Origin: Octopus sinensis
Taxonomy: Eukaryota
Direction of reading: 5' to 3'
Length of the DNA: 47,488 nucleotides
NCBI RefSeq assembly: GCF_006345805.1
Contig: NW_021834434.1
Coordinates: forward strand, 1 to 47,488
Shown here piece after piece: positions 12,465-24,700 of the stretch. The stretch's first letter is position 1. Each line of letters opens with the position of its first letter. A model generated the notes under the pieces. That model was given only the letters and a program-made list of their open reading frames with translations, had not been told where the DNA came from and did not search any database. Both the position numbers and the translations under genes were made by a program.

Positions 12465-13240
12465 GTAAGTTATAGTGGTAAGAGTTTTTGAGAATACTCA
12501 GTACTGAAATGGTAATACAGTGATTATGTAGTTCCTTTTGTCGAGTAGCATGAACAGTCGTAGTCGAAACCGACGGGGATCCCGTTCATTGCCTGTATTT
12601 ACTTATTTACTTTATTTATGTACGTGCGTGAGTCTATACATACTCTCTCTTCTTCTGTCTCTCTCTCTCTCACTCTTTCTCTCTCTCCCCTCTCTCTCTC
12701 CCTCTTACTCTCCCTCTCTCTCTCTCCCTCTCTCTCGCGCACACATACACACGAACGCACATATACACACACACACATATATATACATATCAATGCATGT
12801 GTGTATGTGTGTGTATGTGTGTGTGTGATAATATATATTAATATACATATAAACACACACACACACATATATACATATTCAGATGAGGACATATTCACTT
12901 TAATACACACACACACACACATACACACACACACACACTCACACACACACACACACACTCACACACACACACACACACACACACAAATGTTGCTTGATAT
13001 CTGTTATTACACAGCAAAAGCTGATGCTTATAACAATATGAATATTTAGAAATGTATTCTATTAATATTTATCAGTATATTAATTAGCACAGTATTATCG
13101 CAAACATACTCTCACAAATGTATATGCATATGTGTGTGTGCGTATATATACACGTTCATGGCTAGATACATATATATAGATATATAGGGAGAGAGAGAAA
13201 GAGAGAGAGAGAGAGAGCACTATGAATCTATAATATTACA

Positions 13241-13277
<37 letters not shown>

Positions 13278-13736
13278 TATATAATATATATAGATATAAA
13301 TATATATATACATAGATCCATACATACGTACGTACATACAAATATACAATATACATACAAACACACACACATGTATATAAATTTATACATATGTTAGTGT
13401 GCGTGTGTATATCGTAATGTCGTAATGTGTAGGTGTTTATCGTATATTGATATATACTATATAGTGATTAAAACATGACTTGAATGAGTGAGTTATCCGT
13501 AATTGCTGTGTCATATATATTTGGTCTCATAAATGGAGATGGAACTGCTTATGTCGTTCGTCCTTCTGTCTCCAACGGTTTGTCCAATAGAGCAGCGTAA
13601 CTGAATTTCACGACACCAAACCCCCTGCGGGCTCCCATCTCTCTTCGTCTCGATTTGTACTTGCATAAAACCTTTCCGTACAGCTCTGACTTGGAACCGA
13701 TTAGATGTTTCATGTCAATATTTACAACCCGATAGG

Positions 13737-15300
13737 CTGGTCCGACTACTCCGACTCTGTCATTTTCGTCGTCGCGTCCTGTTTCGTCGAATTTACGGTC
13801 GTCGCGCCAAGCTACACCAAGATCCACCACCTCACCGCTTGTTTCTTCCGGTTCGAACGATGACTCGAAGAGTGAGCATTTTCCTAGTTCAGAATCAGAT
13901 GGTTCCGATAGCGATCATGATATTCCGGTGAATCAAAGGTACAGGCGGGCAGCAAATGAATGTGGCGAGCGAGAGACAACTTCGTCCGATGGCATGGGTT
14001 TACTGGTATGCCTAGCATAAAGGCAAACATTGAACATGAAAGTTCGCCGTTGGAAATCTTCCACGGGTTCTTGACGGGTGAAATGCTCCAATATATAGAG
14101 GACGAAACAAATGTCTATGCTGAAAACCATCCCCAGCATATCAGACCAAGGCATGGCAGTGATTGGTTTCCGACTACAGGGGACAAAATCAAAGTTCTGC
14201 TTTCCCAGCTGATACTGATGGGCATCGTTAAGAAACCGACCCTGGCCTCATTTTGGAGTCAGGATCCGGAAACGATACCACGTGATCGATTTTTGGCGAT
14301 TCTTCGAAATCAACTCAAGCGAGAACCAGGATGACAGGCTGCTCAAAATACATCCTATTGTTGACGAAGTGGCCAAAAATTTCAGAACGGTGTATGTCCA
14401 AACACAGGACATTTGTACAGACGAGAGTTTGTGGAAATTCAAGGGAAGGCTCCGATTCAAACAATACAACCCGACCAAACGTTCCCACTTTGAAGTCAAG
14501 GTTTATAAGGTATGCCAGTCAACTGACAGAGCCTGTGGATACACGTGGAATTACAAAATCTACACTAGTTAGTTCAGATTGGATCTTCCAGCGTCTGCTT
14601 TAGCATCAACTGATGTTGTATTGTCGCTGAATGAAAATTTGTTTGACAAAGACTACAATATTTATATGGACAACTGGTTTTCCAGTTCAGACCTCTTCCT
14701 GCAGTGGCAGGTGAGGAGCACTGGGACTGTGAGGACGCACAAGAAAAACATGCCGCCCGACCTTCACATGAACAAACTTCGAAAGGGGGAAACAGCGTGT
14801 GTACCGGTGCATCGATAGTGGCATTCTCACTCTACTGAGGCGTGACAAGAAAAACGTCTGCATGTTATCCACAATGCATTTTACAAGCATGAAGGATATT
14901 AGGAAACATAGTGTAGATCGCGGGGTCGATCGCTCAGATCAGCTGGCGACGACACAAATCGGTGAGAAAATTTGTGAAATGGTAGAAAAGAATGTTCTTG
15001 TATATAGTTGACATGAATGTCGTGAACTCAGATTTGAATTGGCATGCTTGGCAGTGTGGGGGATGGATTGACATCCAGGAATCTATTGTTCCATGAAATG
15101 GTAGAAACATCAGACCTGCCAGAATACAGAACACGCAGAGATCCCCATGCGGAACTCCCTCTTCACCGCATAATGAAAGGACGTGGACATTTTCCACGGC
15201 TGTTTTCCCTCCACTGCCAAGAAGACAAATACTTCAAAGAGATACACAGTATGCAAAGCAAAGGGGAAACGCAAGGAAACTAGACGCTATTGTTCACAAT
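13737..15300 (+). mobile_element. piggyBac-superfamily transposase remnant
   Basis: Acidic N-terminus, SPLEIFHGFL, ILMGIVKKP, PRDRF, ICTDESLWKFKGRLRFKQYNPTK, NIYMDNWFSS, GTVR, GVDRSDQ and a Cys-rich end VCKAKGKRKETRRYC cut by (TA)n. Frameshifts and deletions; no TIRs found. Confidence 0.9.
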
Positions 15301-15672
15301 ATATATATATATATATATTGGGGGAGAATGTTAGTAGTTATTTAGCTGGAAGACTTGGCTGATGAGAAATCACGCGCCTAGGTGGCGCTAAATTTACTTG
15401 TTCTGACCCATTTGAGGTAAGACATTATTATTGTTCACTGATATTTTTTCCTATCTTGTCTGTAATGGAATTGTGACTATTCGGTGGTACAGAAGTATTT
15501 TTCGACTATCATTGGCGATATAGGTACTCATGTAGTACCCTTATGTATATATGTACATATCTAATATTGTATGTATATATTTTATTAATTTGCCTGTACG
15601 ACTAATAATTCGCTTACCACTTGTGATAGTATTTTAATAATACCATCCCTATATTTATATATATATATATAT

Positions 15673-15715
<43 letters not shown>

Positions 15716-16709
15716 CATAGTTATCTTATGTGTTTGAGGAGAAGGAAAGTGTTTATATCAATCGAATTTAGTTAATAAATTGTAATGTCTCTCTCTGCTT
15801 CCTCCTCTCTCTCTCTCTCTCTCTCACCTTCACCATGTGTATGTGAATATTTCTGCATGTATGCGTGTGTGTGTTTGTCCCCAATGTTAAAAGTACAACT
15901 ACGAAAACGGATTCAATGTCTTGTCAACTATGCCAAATCACCACCGTCCGAACAGTTTTGCACAATCGTCTCATTCTCTTTATAACAATAGCCTCTGGCA
16001 CTTGCAATCCTTATGCCTGGAATTGGGGAGACGGAAATTGCTTGGAAGTCCAATCCAAGACTAGATTTTACCTGTAATTTAAACGACTGGATTTATCCTA
16101 CACTTTGTCACACTAATTCTGCTTAAGAGTTAGATTAAGGCTACATTTGCCAGTCGAATACTCAATCACACCCATAATTCATTGAGGTGGCCGTTCTACT
16201 GATTATATAATTTGAACAGTCAACGTCAAAACTGACGGAGGTCCATTTACATTTATATATCTTAGTAATTCTTTATTTTTAACCATAAATCATTGAAACA
16301 TTTAAAACCGGAAGTGTAGAGGAAAATGGATTCCATTACAATTGATAACTTACGAGTTTGGAGTCATACTAATCAATACGGTGTCAGATTTCAATGGACA
16401 GTATACAGTGGTCGTTTTATTTCATTTTCTTTCTGCCCTTACTAGTCCCCTCTCTGTCTCTTTCTTCCTTTGTTGTTTAATCACTCTCCCCACTGTCTTT
16501 GTTTCCTTCTCCCCATCTTTCCCTCTTCTCTCTCTCCCTTCCCTTCTCTCTTTCTTTCTCTTTATTTCTTTCTCTTTCTTTCTCTGGTATTTCTTTAAGA
16601 CGTTTCAGACGAGAACCTCCAGAATGTTCTAAGCCGATGACTGAATGTAAATCAATCAGTAATATAGCTTGTAGGGTTTGTTATCCTTATCTCTAATAAT
16701 CCTTTCTAA

Positions 16710-17300
16710 TATATGGGCAAAAAGCTTGAAATTTGTAGGAGGGGGCGAGCGATAGTCGATTAGATTGACACCATTACTCGACAGGCATTTATTTTATCGA
16801 CCCTAAATGGATGATTAGCAAAGTCGATCCTGACGGAAACTTTGAACGTAAAGCCAGAATAAATACCGTTTCTGCTCTTGGCACAAGGCCTGAAATTTTG
16901 TGGTAAGAGTTTTGTGGATTATCTCGGCCAAGTGCTAAACTGGTACTTAGTTTATCTACTCGTGGAGGCGCGTGGTTCAGGGGTTATAGTATTCGGCTCA
17001 CGATCGCAAAGTTCCGAGTTCTATTCTCGTCGGCGCATTCTGTCTTTGAACAAGACGCTCTATTTCACGTTGCTCCAGTCCATTCAGCTGGTAATAATGA
17101 GTAGTACGGCCTGTTTTTCAAAGGGCCAGTCTCTTCTCACATTCGGAGTCATCCTGAGAACTACGTTAAGGGTATATGTTTATGCTGAGTATTTTGCCTG
17201 GCGAGCTAACGATTCTGCCAGCTCGCCGCCTTAAACCCTGAATAAATACCACTAAGATTTTTTGTCCGACGTCTAAACGATTCTGCCTGTCCGCCACCTT
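16710..17300. mobile_element. Cluster of decayed SINE B fragments (minus strand) with a third tRNA-SINE family C nested at about 16963-17105 (plus strand)
   Basis: Family C: GGAGGCGCGTGGTTCAGGGGTTA (A-box), GAGTTCTATTC (B-box), GTCTTTGAACAAGAC, TTTCACGTTGCTCCAGTCCATTCAGCTG. Confidence 0.75.
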
Positions 17301-17356
17301 AATCAAAACTTAATAACAATCAATCAGTTTAATCTATTTCACTTATATTTTGAAGG

Positions 17357-17389
<33 letters not shown>

Positions 17390-17394
<5 letters not shown>

Positions 17395-17579
17395 CGGAAG
17401 GTTTACGAAAATAAACAAAAGACGAAGGCAGGTGGAGTACAAACAAATAATGTATTAGTATGGCGCTCAGGAATAGAAATAGAAAAAGTCTTTTACGTTT
17501 CGAGCCTACGCTCTTCGACAGAAAGATACACAGAAAAGAAACAAGGAGAGAAAATAATTGCGTGTAGGGGCTAACGAAC

Positions 17580-17580
<1 letters not shown>
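17390..17580 (-). mobile_element. Repeat family H1, copy 4 (hammerhead-like motif 17489-17526)
   Basis: Minus strand: tcttt-CUGUCGA-A-GAGC gtag GCUC-GAAAC-GUA-aaaga, with a 5-bp stem I. Confidence 0.75.
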
Positions 17581-17646
<66 letters not shown>

Positions 17647-17859
17647 CTTATGAGAGGTAAGGGTGTCAATAAGACCCAAAGGTGTCAAGTAATGCTGGGT
17701 AAGTGCAATGGACAGCCTATAGCTAAGCTCCAGGTTCGGTGATAATGCGAATGAGGAGTCCAACGTAGGTCATATATCAGCATGTGTATATATCAAAAAT
17801 TTTTTCAGAATGAGATAGAAGTCCAAGGCTGTGAAAGATTTTAGAACATTTATAAATAG

Positions 17860-17907
17860 GTCTTACAGCTGTTTCCGGGATATTTTATATATCCCTGCAT
17901 CGGAGAC
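17860..17907 (-). ncRNA. Hammerhead-like motif family H2 (degenerate core)
   Basis: Minus strand: gtct-CCGAUGC-A-GGGAUAU auaaa AUAUCCC-G-GAAAC-AGCU-GUA-agac. Stems I and II and a palindromic stem III are intact; the core deviates at positions 4 and 9. Confidence 0.5.
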
Positions 17908-18084
17908 GGTGTGAGAAAATAGTTAAGAAATAGTTATTTTAGATAAGATATGAAATAGAAAGTGGAGGAATGAAAATAGACGCGAGATATGCAGGGATAT
18001 TGCATCTGTAGATCCATTATTTAGACAGAATGGTATACATATAAAATTCCAATAACTTGTGAGTAAGTTCCAATTCCAATACTA

Positions 18085-18805
18085 TTGGACAAACGGATTA
18101 AGTCGATAATATCGACCCCAGTGCATAACTGGTACTTATTTAATCGACCCCGAAAGGATGAAAGGCAAAATCGACCTTGGCGGAATTTGAACTCAGAACG
18201 TAGCGGCAGACGAAATACTGCTAATTTCGTGCGGCGTGTTAACGTTTCTGCCAGCTCGCCGCCCTCACCTTTTTTATATTATTACCTATGTCCAAAGGAA
18301 AGAATTAAAATACACAATTCTCAAATTTGGATTGATATATGACGATCAATCTAGTGAGTGCGTGACGCCCAGTCAATCAGTGAATCAAACCAACTAAGAT
18401 TTATTATATTGGTTTCAAACTTTTGTACAAGGCCAGCAATTTCGGGGGAGGGGTTAAGTCGATTAAATCAACCCCAGGACTCAATTGTTGCTTATTTTAT
18501 AGCCCCCGAAAAGATGAAAAGCAAAGTCAATTCCAGTGACACTTGAACTCAGAATGCAAAGTCGGAAGAAATGCTGCTAAGCATTTTTTCCGGAACGGTA
18601 ACGGTTCTGCCAGCTCGCCAGGTTAAACTAAGTATCATATAATAATGGTTTCAAATTTTGGCACAAGGTCAATAACTTCGAGGGAGGGGTAAATGAATTA
18701 CATCTACTCCAGTGCTCAACTGGTACTTATTTTATCGATCCTGAAAGGATGAAAGACAAAGTCAACCTCTGAAGTTCTGACAATTCTGCCACCTCACCAC
18801 CTTAA
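18085..18805 (-). mobile_element. Three SINE family B copies (about 18085-18268, 18410-18625, 18650-18805)
   Basis: Repeated ATCGACCCCGAAAGGATGAAAGGCAAA...GAACTCAGAAC...TGCCAGCTCGCC. Confidence 0.85.
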
Positions 18806-18837
18806 AGTAATCTATAAGTAATCTATAAGTAATCTAT

Positions 18838-18876
18838 AGGCGCAGGAGTGGCTGTGTGGTAAGTAGCTTGCTAACC
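18838..18876 (+). mobile_element. SINE family A head, left half (split by the Tx1 insertion)
   Basis: GGCGCAGGAGTGGCTGTGTGGTAAGTAGCTTGCTAACC; the SINE resumes at 24309. Confidence 0.95.
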
Positions 18877-19264
18877 TCACTGACAGAAGAGTGACTTTAC
18901 CTACCGTACTACGGTTTGGACGCGTTTTCTTCCCGGTAAGAGTTTTGCTGTGTTGTTAATTGTTGAATTCCTACTACTGAAAATTTGCCTTTAAACGTTG
19001 CTGAACTGTCTTGTTCTCCGGTTTTACCGGGAAATAATTGAATAATTTCTTACCGTTGAACTGTTAGCCACTGTGGCTTTTTATTTACGTGACTATATAT
19101 AGTCCTGCCAGACTATTTTCGTGCCCCTCCCCCGAATGGGGGTGGGAATTGGAATTTTGAACTGCTTTTTTGAACTACTTTGGAAGAAAAACTTTCTATA
19201 GGTTTCCCAGTTTTGTGGGAAACCAATACTCGTAATTTTTGTGTTGTCTAATTTCAACAGAATA

Positions 19265-20667
19265 ATGTCTGTTGAAATTATTCACGAAAGTAGTGCTCTT
19301 GAGGAGAGCAATGTTAAAAAATTTTCTGAGGTAGCCGCAGTGGCTACCGAGAACATTGACATCGATGACAACCAGCTCGTCGAGCTATTTAAAAGAATGC
19401 AAGAGGAGGGTGGTGATGTTAAAATATCACCCTCCGCCAGTATCGTAGAGACCGAGAAGCGGACCGTAGTGTTTAAAACTTTCTGTCCACAAAGCAGAAG
19501 GTTCAAACACTTTGAAAAAAGCACCACCGAGAAATGCCTGTCCCCGATTTGGAAGGACATCGTGTACGTCGCCAGGGGACGGGCATATGCACTGTGGATG
19601 TCCGCTTCTCGGGGGAAGACATGGCCCGCGGGCATTCTGTGAACCCCCTAAAAACCAAGGAGGTGGTACTTTTCCCAAGCTATAGGGGACGCAGGACGTC
19701 CCGGGTCAGGATTGTAGAAGCCCCGCCGGAAGTAGATCCGGTAGAGGTAGTGGCCGCCCTGTTATATAAAAGGGCGGACAAAATAAAAATACTAGAAGTA
19801 ACATGCTCTACCCCTCGATTTTGGCTCGGGCGTAACATTAATATATTAATTCAAGGAACAGCGGAGGACCTGCAGCTCCTTCCTGAGAGGGTGCTCGTGG
19901 GCGAGAACGTAGCCCTCAGAGTACAGGTCGAAGGCCGAAAACCCACCTGTTACGCCTGCGGCAAAAAGGGCCACATTCGTGTAGACTGTCCAGACAAGCA
20001 AAAGAAACCGCAGACACCAGGCCCCTCAGATAATAAAAAAGTCCCTACCCTTGCAAACACACCTACCCCTACAAAAAAAAAAAATCCCACTCCTGCTGTT
20101 ACGGTGCCAACCCCAAAACAGACTGAAGAAAAAACCCAGCCCTCGCACTCACAAACCCCTACACTATTAAAACCTCCCACCCCCCTAAAAACTGCGGCGC
20201 CTACCGAACAAACTATTGCTACCCCAGACGATACCATGGAGGTATCAGAGGGGGGATTTACACCAGTTCGTAAAAGAATTCGTGCAGCATCCCCGTCCAC
20301 ATCCCCTACAAAAAATAATAAAAACAAAGACACACCACAGACACGGAAAAAAAAATCCCGCTCAACTGGCCCAGAAAAAGAAGACAAAAAAGAAAATGAA
20401 CTCATATTAATTGAATTCGACACACAAGACAAATACATAAACGATATTGTGGTTCAGCATCAGTCAGCAAGACTGTACAACAAATACAAAGATCGAAATA
20501 GACACGCGTGGATTGCGGAAACAACGTTCAAACAATTAAAAGACAGACACCCAAACGCCATCCGGCATATCGCGAACTTGCCGGACTATCTGAAGAAAGA
20601 GGAGAAAGAAGGGGCCCACAAACGTGTGGTGAGGTCGGCCCCCACCTCTCCAACGAAATGTAAGTAG
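19265..20667 (+). pseudogene. Tx1 ORF1 (gag-like zinc-knuckle protein), one frameshift near 19575
   Basis: MSVEII... frame switches to the 19534-20667 ORF, which contains CYACGKKGHIRVDC (CX2CX4HX4C) and a Pro/Thr-rich linker. Confidence 0.85.
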
Positions 20668-20684
20668 AACTTTTACTTTTTGTA

Positions 20685-23600
20685 ATGGCTTCGCTTAACC
20701 TTGGTTGTTTAAATGTGCGTGGTTGAGTCGAAGTGGAAGCAGGCTTGTTTCCTCGACGACCTCAGATCACATGATATACATGTGATGGTTGCTACAGAGA
20801 CCAAGCTGGACAGCCTGCAAACCTTCTCGCCTCTCCTGAATGGCTACGAGAAAATCATGTCTCCTGGCCAGACCGGAGGGCGAGGGGGCGTAGTGGTACT
20901 GATCCGTAAAGACTTGGCTCTACAGACAAGTACAGTCTATGTAGACCCAGAAGGTGGGCTGGTCGTCCTTGATGTGACATACAGCAGTAAGGCCTTCAGG
21001 TTGATCGGACTCTATGCCTTGTGCTAGAGGTTTCCAAACTGATTTTTATCGGCGCCTAGAGGCTTTCTCGTGACGTCGAAGGCTTTAGTGATATTAGGGG
21101 ACTTTAACGCTATCGTTGACATACACATCGATAGCGTTGGCTCGATCTATAGGAAAGTGAACTCACGTCTCGTGGATCTGCTTAAGCGGTTTCAGCTAGC
21201 AGATCGTTACAGACTTGACCATCCGAACGTCCCAGAGTGGACCTGGATGAGTGGCGACGGAAGGTTCAAGTCTTATCTAGACAGGATAGTGATAAGAACT
21301 AGAGATAAGTCTAGTTTTAGTTGTCCACAGCTCGTCCAGGTGCCCTATACTGACCATAGAATGGTCACGTGTAGACTGGACATAGATAGCACACTTAAGA
21401 TAGGAACCGGCTACTGGAAGCTGAACAAGTCTATTTTGACACGCGAGGCATACCGTAGCCGGATTAAGGTGTTAGTGCAGAGGGCGTTAACCGGAGCCGT
21501 GGTTAATAACCGGTGGTGGTTCACCCTCAAAAGAGCCATTCGATTCGAGTCCATTAGATTTAGTAAACAACTAAGACTAGATAGGGCTAGAATAGAAGGG
21601 CAACTAGTTAAGAACTTAGAGGAGGCGTTGAGGTTGGGCTCTGCATCTCACATTTTAGCGGCGAGAACGGCATTAGACCGTCACCTCAAAACAAAACATG
21701 AGGGATGTAGAGTCCAGGCTAAAGTACGAGCATTGGGCCGTGAGGGAATAATGTTGCCGGATTGGCCCGTACGATAGAAACATAGCGTGGAAACGATGCC
21801 ACAATTGGGTCTCTTGTTGATGAAAACGGATGCACGATCAAGAAGCGGGACGAGATGTGTGAGGCACTTCACAAGCACTTCGCCGAGTTGTTCGGGAGGT
21901 GCGGGACGCTGGATCATGGTGAGGCCCTTAGGGACTTCCTGTCTGGTGGCCCGCGCCTCTCGACACGAGAGGCTCAGTGCTGTGAAGGGCCAATCACAGC
22001 CGAGGAAGTAATCGAGGTATTGGGCAAGTGCCCCGGGGAGAAGTCGCCGGGTCTCGATGGTCTGCCCTATGAATTTTATAGAAGTATGCCAGACTTGTTC
22101 GGGCACCTGCTGGCTAGCGTCTACGTCAACTGGCAGCAGAATGGGAGAATTCCCAAGTCTGCGAGCCGGGGGGCGGTGACGTTGATCAGGAAGGACCCGA
22201 ACAAGGGGGACGAGATAGGGAACTTCAGGCCCATAACTCTGTTAAACACAGAGTTAAAGATTCTGGCCAAGGTGCTAGCAAAAAGGTTGGCGCGGGTCGT
22301 GGACAAGCTTGTCGGGGAAGCGCAAACGTGCGCTATCCCCGGCAGAACGATCCACGACAATCTCCACCTTATACACTACTCCTTAGAGAGGGTGGGGAAG
22401 CTTTCTGGCGCAGGGGGAGCACTGGTACATTTAGACCAGTCCAAAGCATTTGATAGGGTCGACCATCGGTACCTGGCGGCGGTCCTCGGAGAGGCTGGTC
22501 TAGGCCCGACCTTTCGCGGTTGGATCGCTGCTTTGTATAGCGACATCGAGTGTGTAGTCAAGGTGAACGGTTCCTTTTCGAAGCCGTTCAGGATCGAGCG
22601 TTCAGTTCGTCAAGGGTGTCCCCTGTCCTCGCTCCTATACGTATTGGCTCTTGAGCCTTTGCTGCGGAAGTTGGAGGCACTAGGGGGCGCGCCGCATGAT
22701 CTATGGTGTGGAAGAGGAGCTACGGCGTATGCGGATGACACCTCCATCATCGTGGCAGACAAAGGCCAGCTTCCAGTGGTGGAAGAGGCCATCAAAAGCT
22801 ACGAGGCGGTGGCAGGAGCAAAGGTTAACAAGGACAAGTCGGTCGGTTTGCAACTCGGCACCTGGAGGGGCAAGCCGATGCCGTCCAATAACGTCGTAGG
22901 GCGTTGGACGGAAGGTCCTGTTAAGCTGCTCGGAGTCTGGTTCGGGCCAGGCCTCCAGATTGAGAAAAATTGGAGTGAGGTGGCCAACAAGGTGACCGCT
23001 CTAACCCAGACCTGGTCTGGGCGGGCGTTATCCCTGCTAGGGAAGGCGGAGGTGGTGCAGATGTTTATAGCATCAGTAATCACCTACCGTCTGACCGTGG
23101 TGCCTTGCCCCGATTTGTGGCTGAACAAGTTGGAGAGAATCCTTTTCCGATTTTTGTGGAAAGGAGGAAAGCCACTTGTAAAGCGCTCTGTCTGCTGCCA
23201 GAAACCGCTAAAGGGTGGGCTAGGGATGCCTTGGCTGAGGATGCGAAAACTCGCGTTAAGGTTGAGGCACCTCTGGCTTTACCTGGATGGAGAGCAGGTG
23301 TGGTCGCCGCACGTCCGGTTCTACCTTCCCCAGTTAACATCCCTAACGGACATCGGTGCATGGATCAAGCGGAGACCTAAACTGAGTGAATGGCATTTGG
23401 AGTGCCGTCAGGCGCTCCAGCTACTATCTCGGGTGGGCAACGCCGGCAACAGGAGTTCCACCACGGATTTCTATAGTGGGTTAGTGGAGATTAAGTCCGA
23501 AGACGCCTTGAGGGAGACCCTGGGCTACGATGAAAATCAGTTGATCAACCTGTTCCGGAGGACGTTCGGACCGGGGTATCTGGATAATTACCAGAAATCC

Positions 23601-24080
23601 CTAGCCTGGCAGTGTTTCCGTGCGGCTTTACCTGTTCGCGACAAGCTGTCAAGGCACGGTAGTGCCGTCTCGCCGACATGCCCGCGATGTGAGCAGGATA
23701 GGGAGACCGTCTTGCACGCATTCGTGGAGTGTCCGGAGTTATCGGGACTGATAGCTTTTGTTGAACAACTGTTGTCAGTGATGGGAAGAGTACAGCTATC
23801 AGCTGAGTCTATCATCGAGATTGTGCCGCCCCCTTTCCTTAACAGGGAAAGAAAGGCTTGTTTTTTCTGTGTAGTAGCCATACTGAAAGAAACAGTATGG
23901 AAGACGCGTACGAAAGGTATAGTGACAGGCACCTTTGTCTCCGGCCAGGGGTTGATTAACTTTTTTAGTTACCACCTCAGTAGCAAAATCAGGCTGGAGA
24001 AGAGGTGTCTGTCACGAGATATGTTTGTGAAAAGATGGAAGCCTGTGGCATACAAGATGGGTATGTTTGGCACCAGGTAA
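20685..24080 (+). pseudogene. Tx1 ORF2 (AP endonuclease + reverse transcriptase + CCHC), disrupted
   Basis: MASLNLGCLNVRG, ETKL, GDFNA, LDRI, TDH; KSPGLDGLPYEFY, FRPITLLN, LDQSKAFDRVDH, RQGCPLS, AYADD, KLLGV, CPRCEQDRETVLHAFVEC. Lesions near 20725, 21020, 21746 and 21785. Confidence 0.93.
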
Positions 24081-24308
24081 GTGTGACCGGATCAGAAAGT
24101 AAAGGTTCTACCCGGATGGCTGGGTGTCCGTCCTTCGACATGATCATTAATATTTTTAAACATTGCCTTCGTAAAATTCATTGTTTATAATCTTATCCGT
24201 AATTTCATTCGAAAATTGTAACTGTGTTAAGCTACTTCACCCTTTATATTTGTCTGTCCTTGTTTGTCCCCTCTTTGTAAATGCCTAAATGGCAAATTAT
24301 ATGAAATA

Positions 24309-24418
24309 AAGTAGCTTGCTAACCAACCACATGGTTCCGGGTTCAGTCCCACTTTTGGCATCTTGGGCAAGTGTCTTCTGCTATAGCCCCGGGCCGACCA
24401 ATGCCTTGTGAGTGGATT
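24309..24418 (+). mobile_element. SINE family A, right part after the Tx1 insertion (3'-truncated)
   Basis: AAGTAGCTTGCTAACCAACCACATGGTTCCGGGTTCAGTCCC...GCCTTGTGAGTGGATTT. Confidence 0.95.
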
Positions 24419-24431
24419 TTACTTGTTTCAG

Positions 24432-24700
24432 AGGATTTTCTTGGACGCTGTGTTCACCTGGCACGAAAGTGCTCCTAAAACCCCAGTCTTTCTGCTTGTA
24501 GTGCTTGGACATAGCCCGACTGTCCCAGAGACAGAGAAAGCAACAGTACTTTGTGAAGACCGCTTGCATACCCATAAGGAGTCCAATGAGTTTGAGGTCC
24601 CCGCAGAGACTCCACTGGTACTGGTTGAACTTGACAGCTTCCAACAAAAGGAGCTCCATATTGTCATACGAGTACTTCAGATGGGCACACACATACGTGA
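24432..24700 (-). mobile_element. DNA-transposase fragment, probably CMC/Chapaev(3)-Transib-related
   Basis: QWSLCGDLKLIGLLMGMQAVFTKYCCFLCLWDSRA resembles the D-K...G...Y-C-x-LC...R catalytic/ZnC2 region of RAG1/Transib/Chapaev proteins. The superfamily call is from recall. Confidence 0.6.

Larger units (their letters stand above)
18877..24308 (+). mobile_element. Near-full-length Tx1/L1-clade non-LTR retrotransposon (about 5.4 kb)
   Basis: TSD AAGTAGCTTGCTAACC at 18861-18876 and 24309-24324; ORF1 with a CCHC knuckle; ORF2 with APE, RT and C-terminal zinc motif; ends GAAATA(AA) with no poly-A tract. Confidence 0.95.

Noticed and set aside
13545-15500. Domesticated PGBD-type gene or intact piggyBac
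   Set aside because: Several frameshifts, stops and internal deletions; Cys-rich end truncated; no TTAA-bounded TIRs found.
18805-18838. AGTAATCTATA x3 just upstream of the split SINE
   Set aside because: Short local slippage repeat; no matching copy on the other side to call it a TSD.
19241-24080. Active Tx1 copy or programmed frameshifting
   Set aside because: At least five independent lesions with no obvious slippery sites; simple decay is the more parsimonious explanation.
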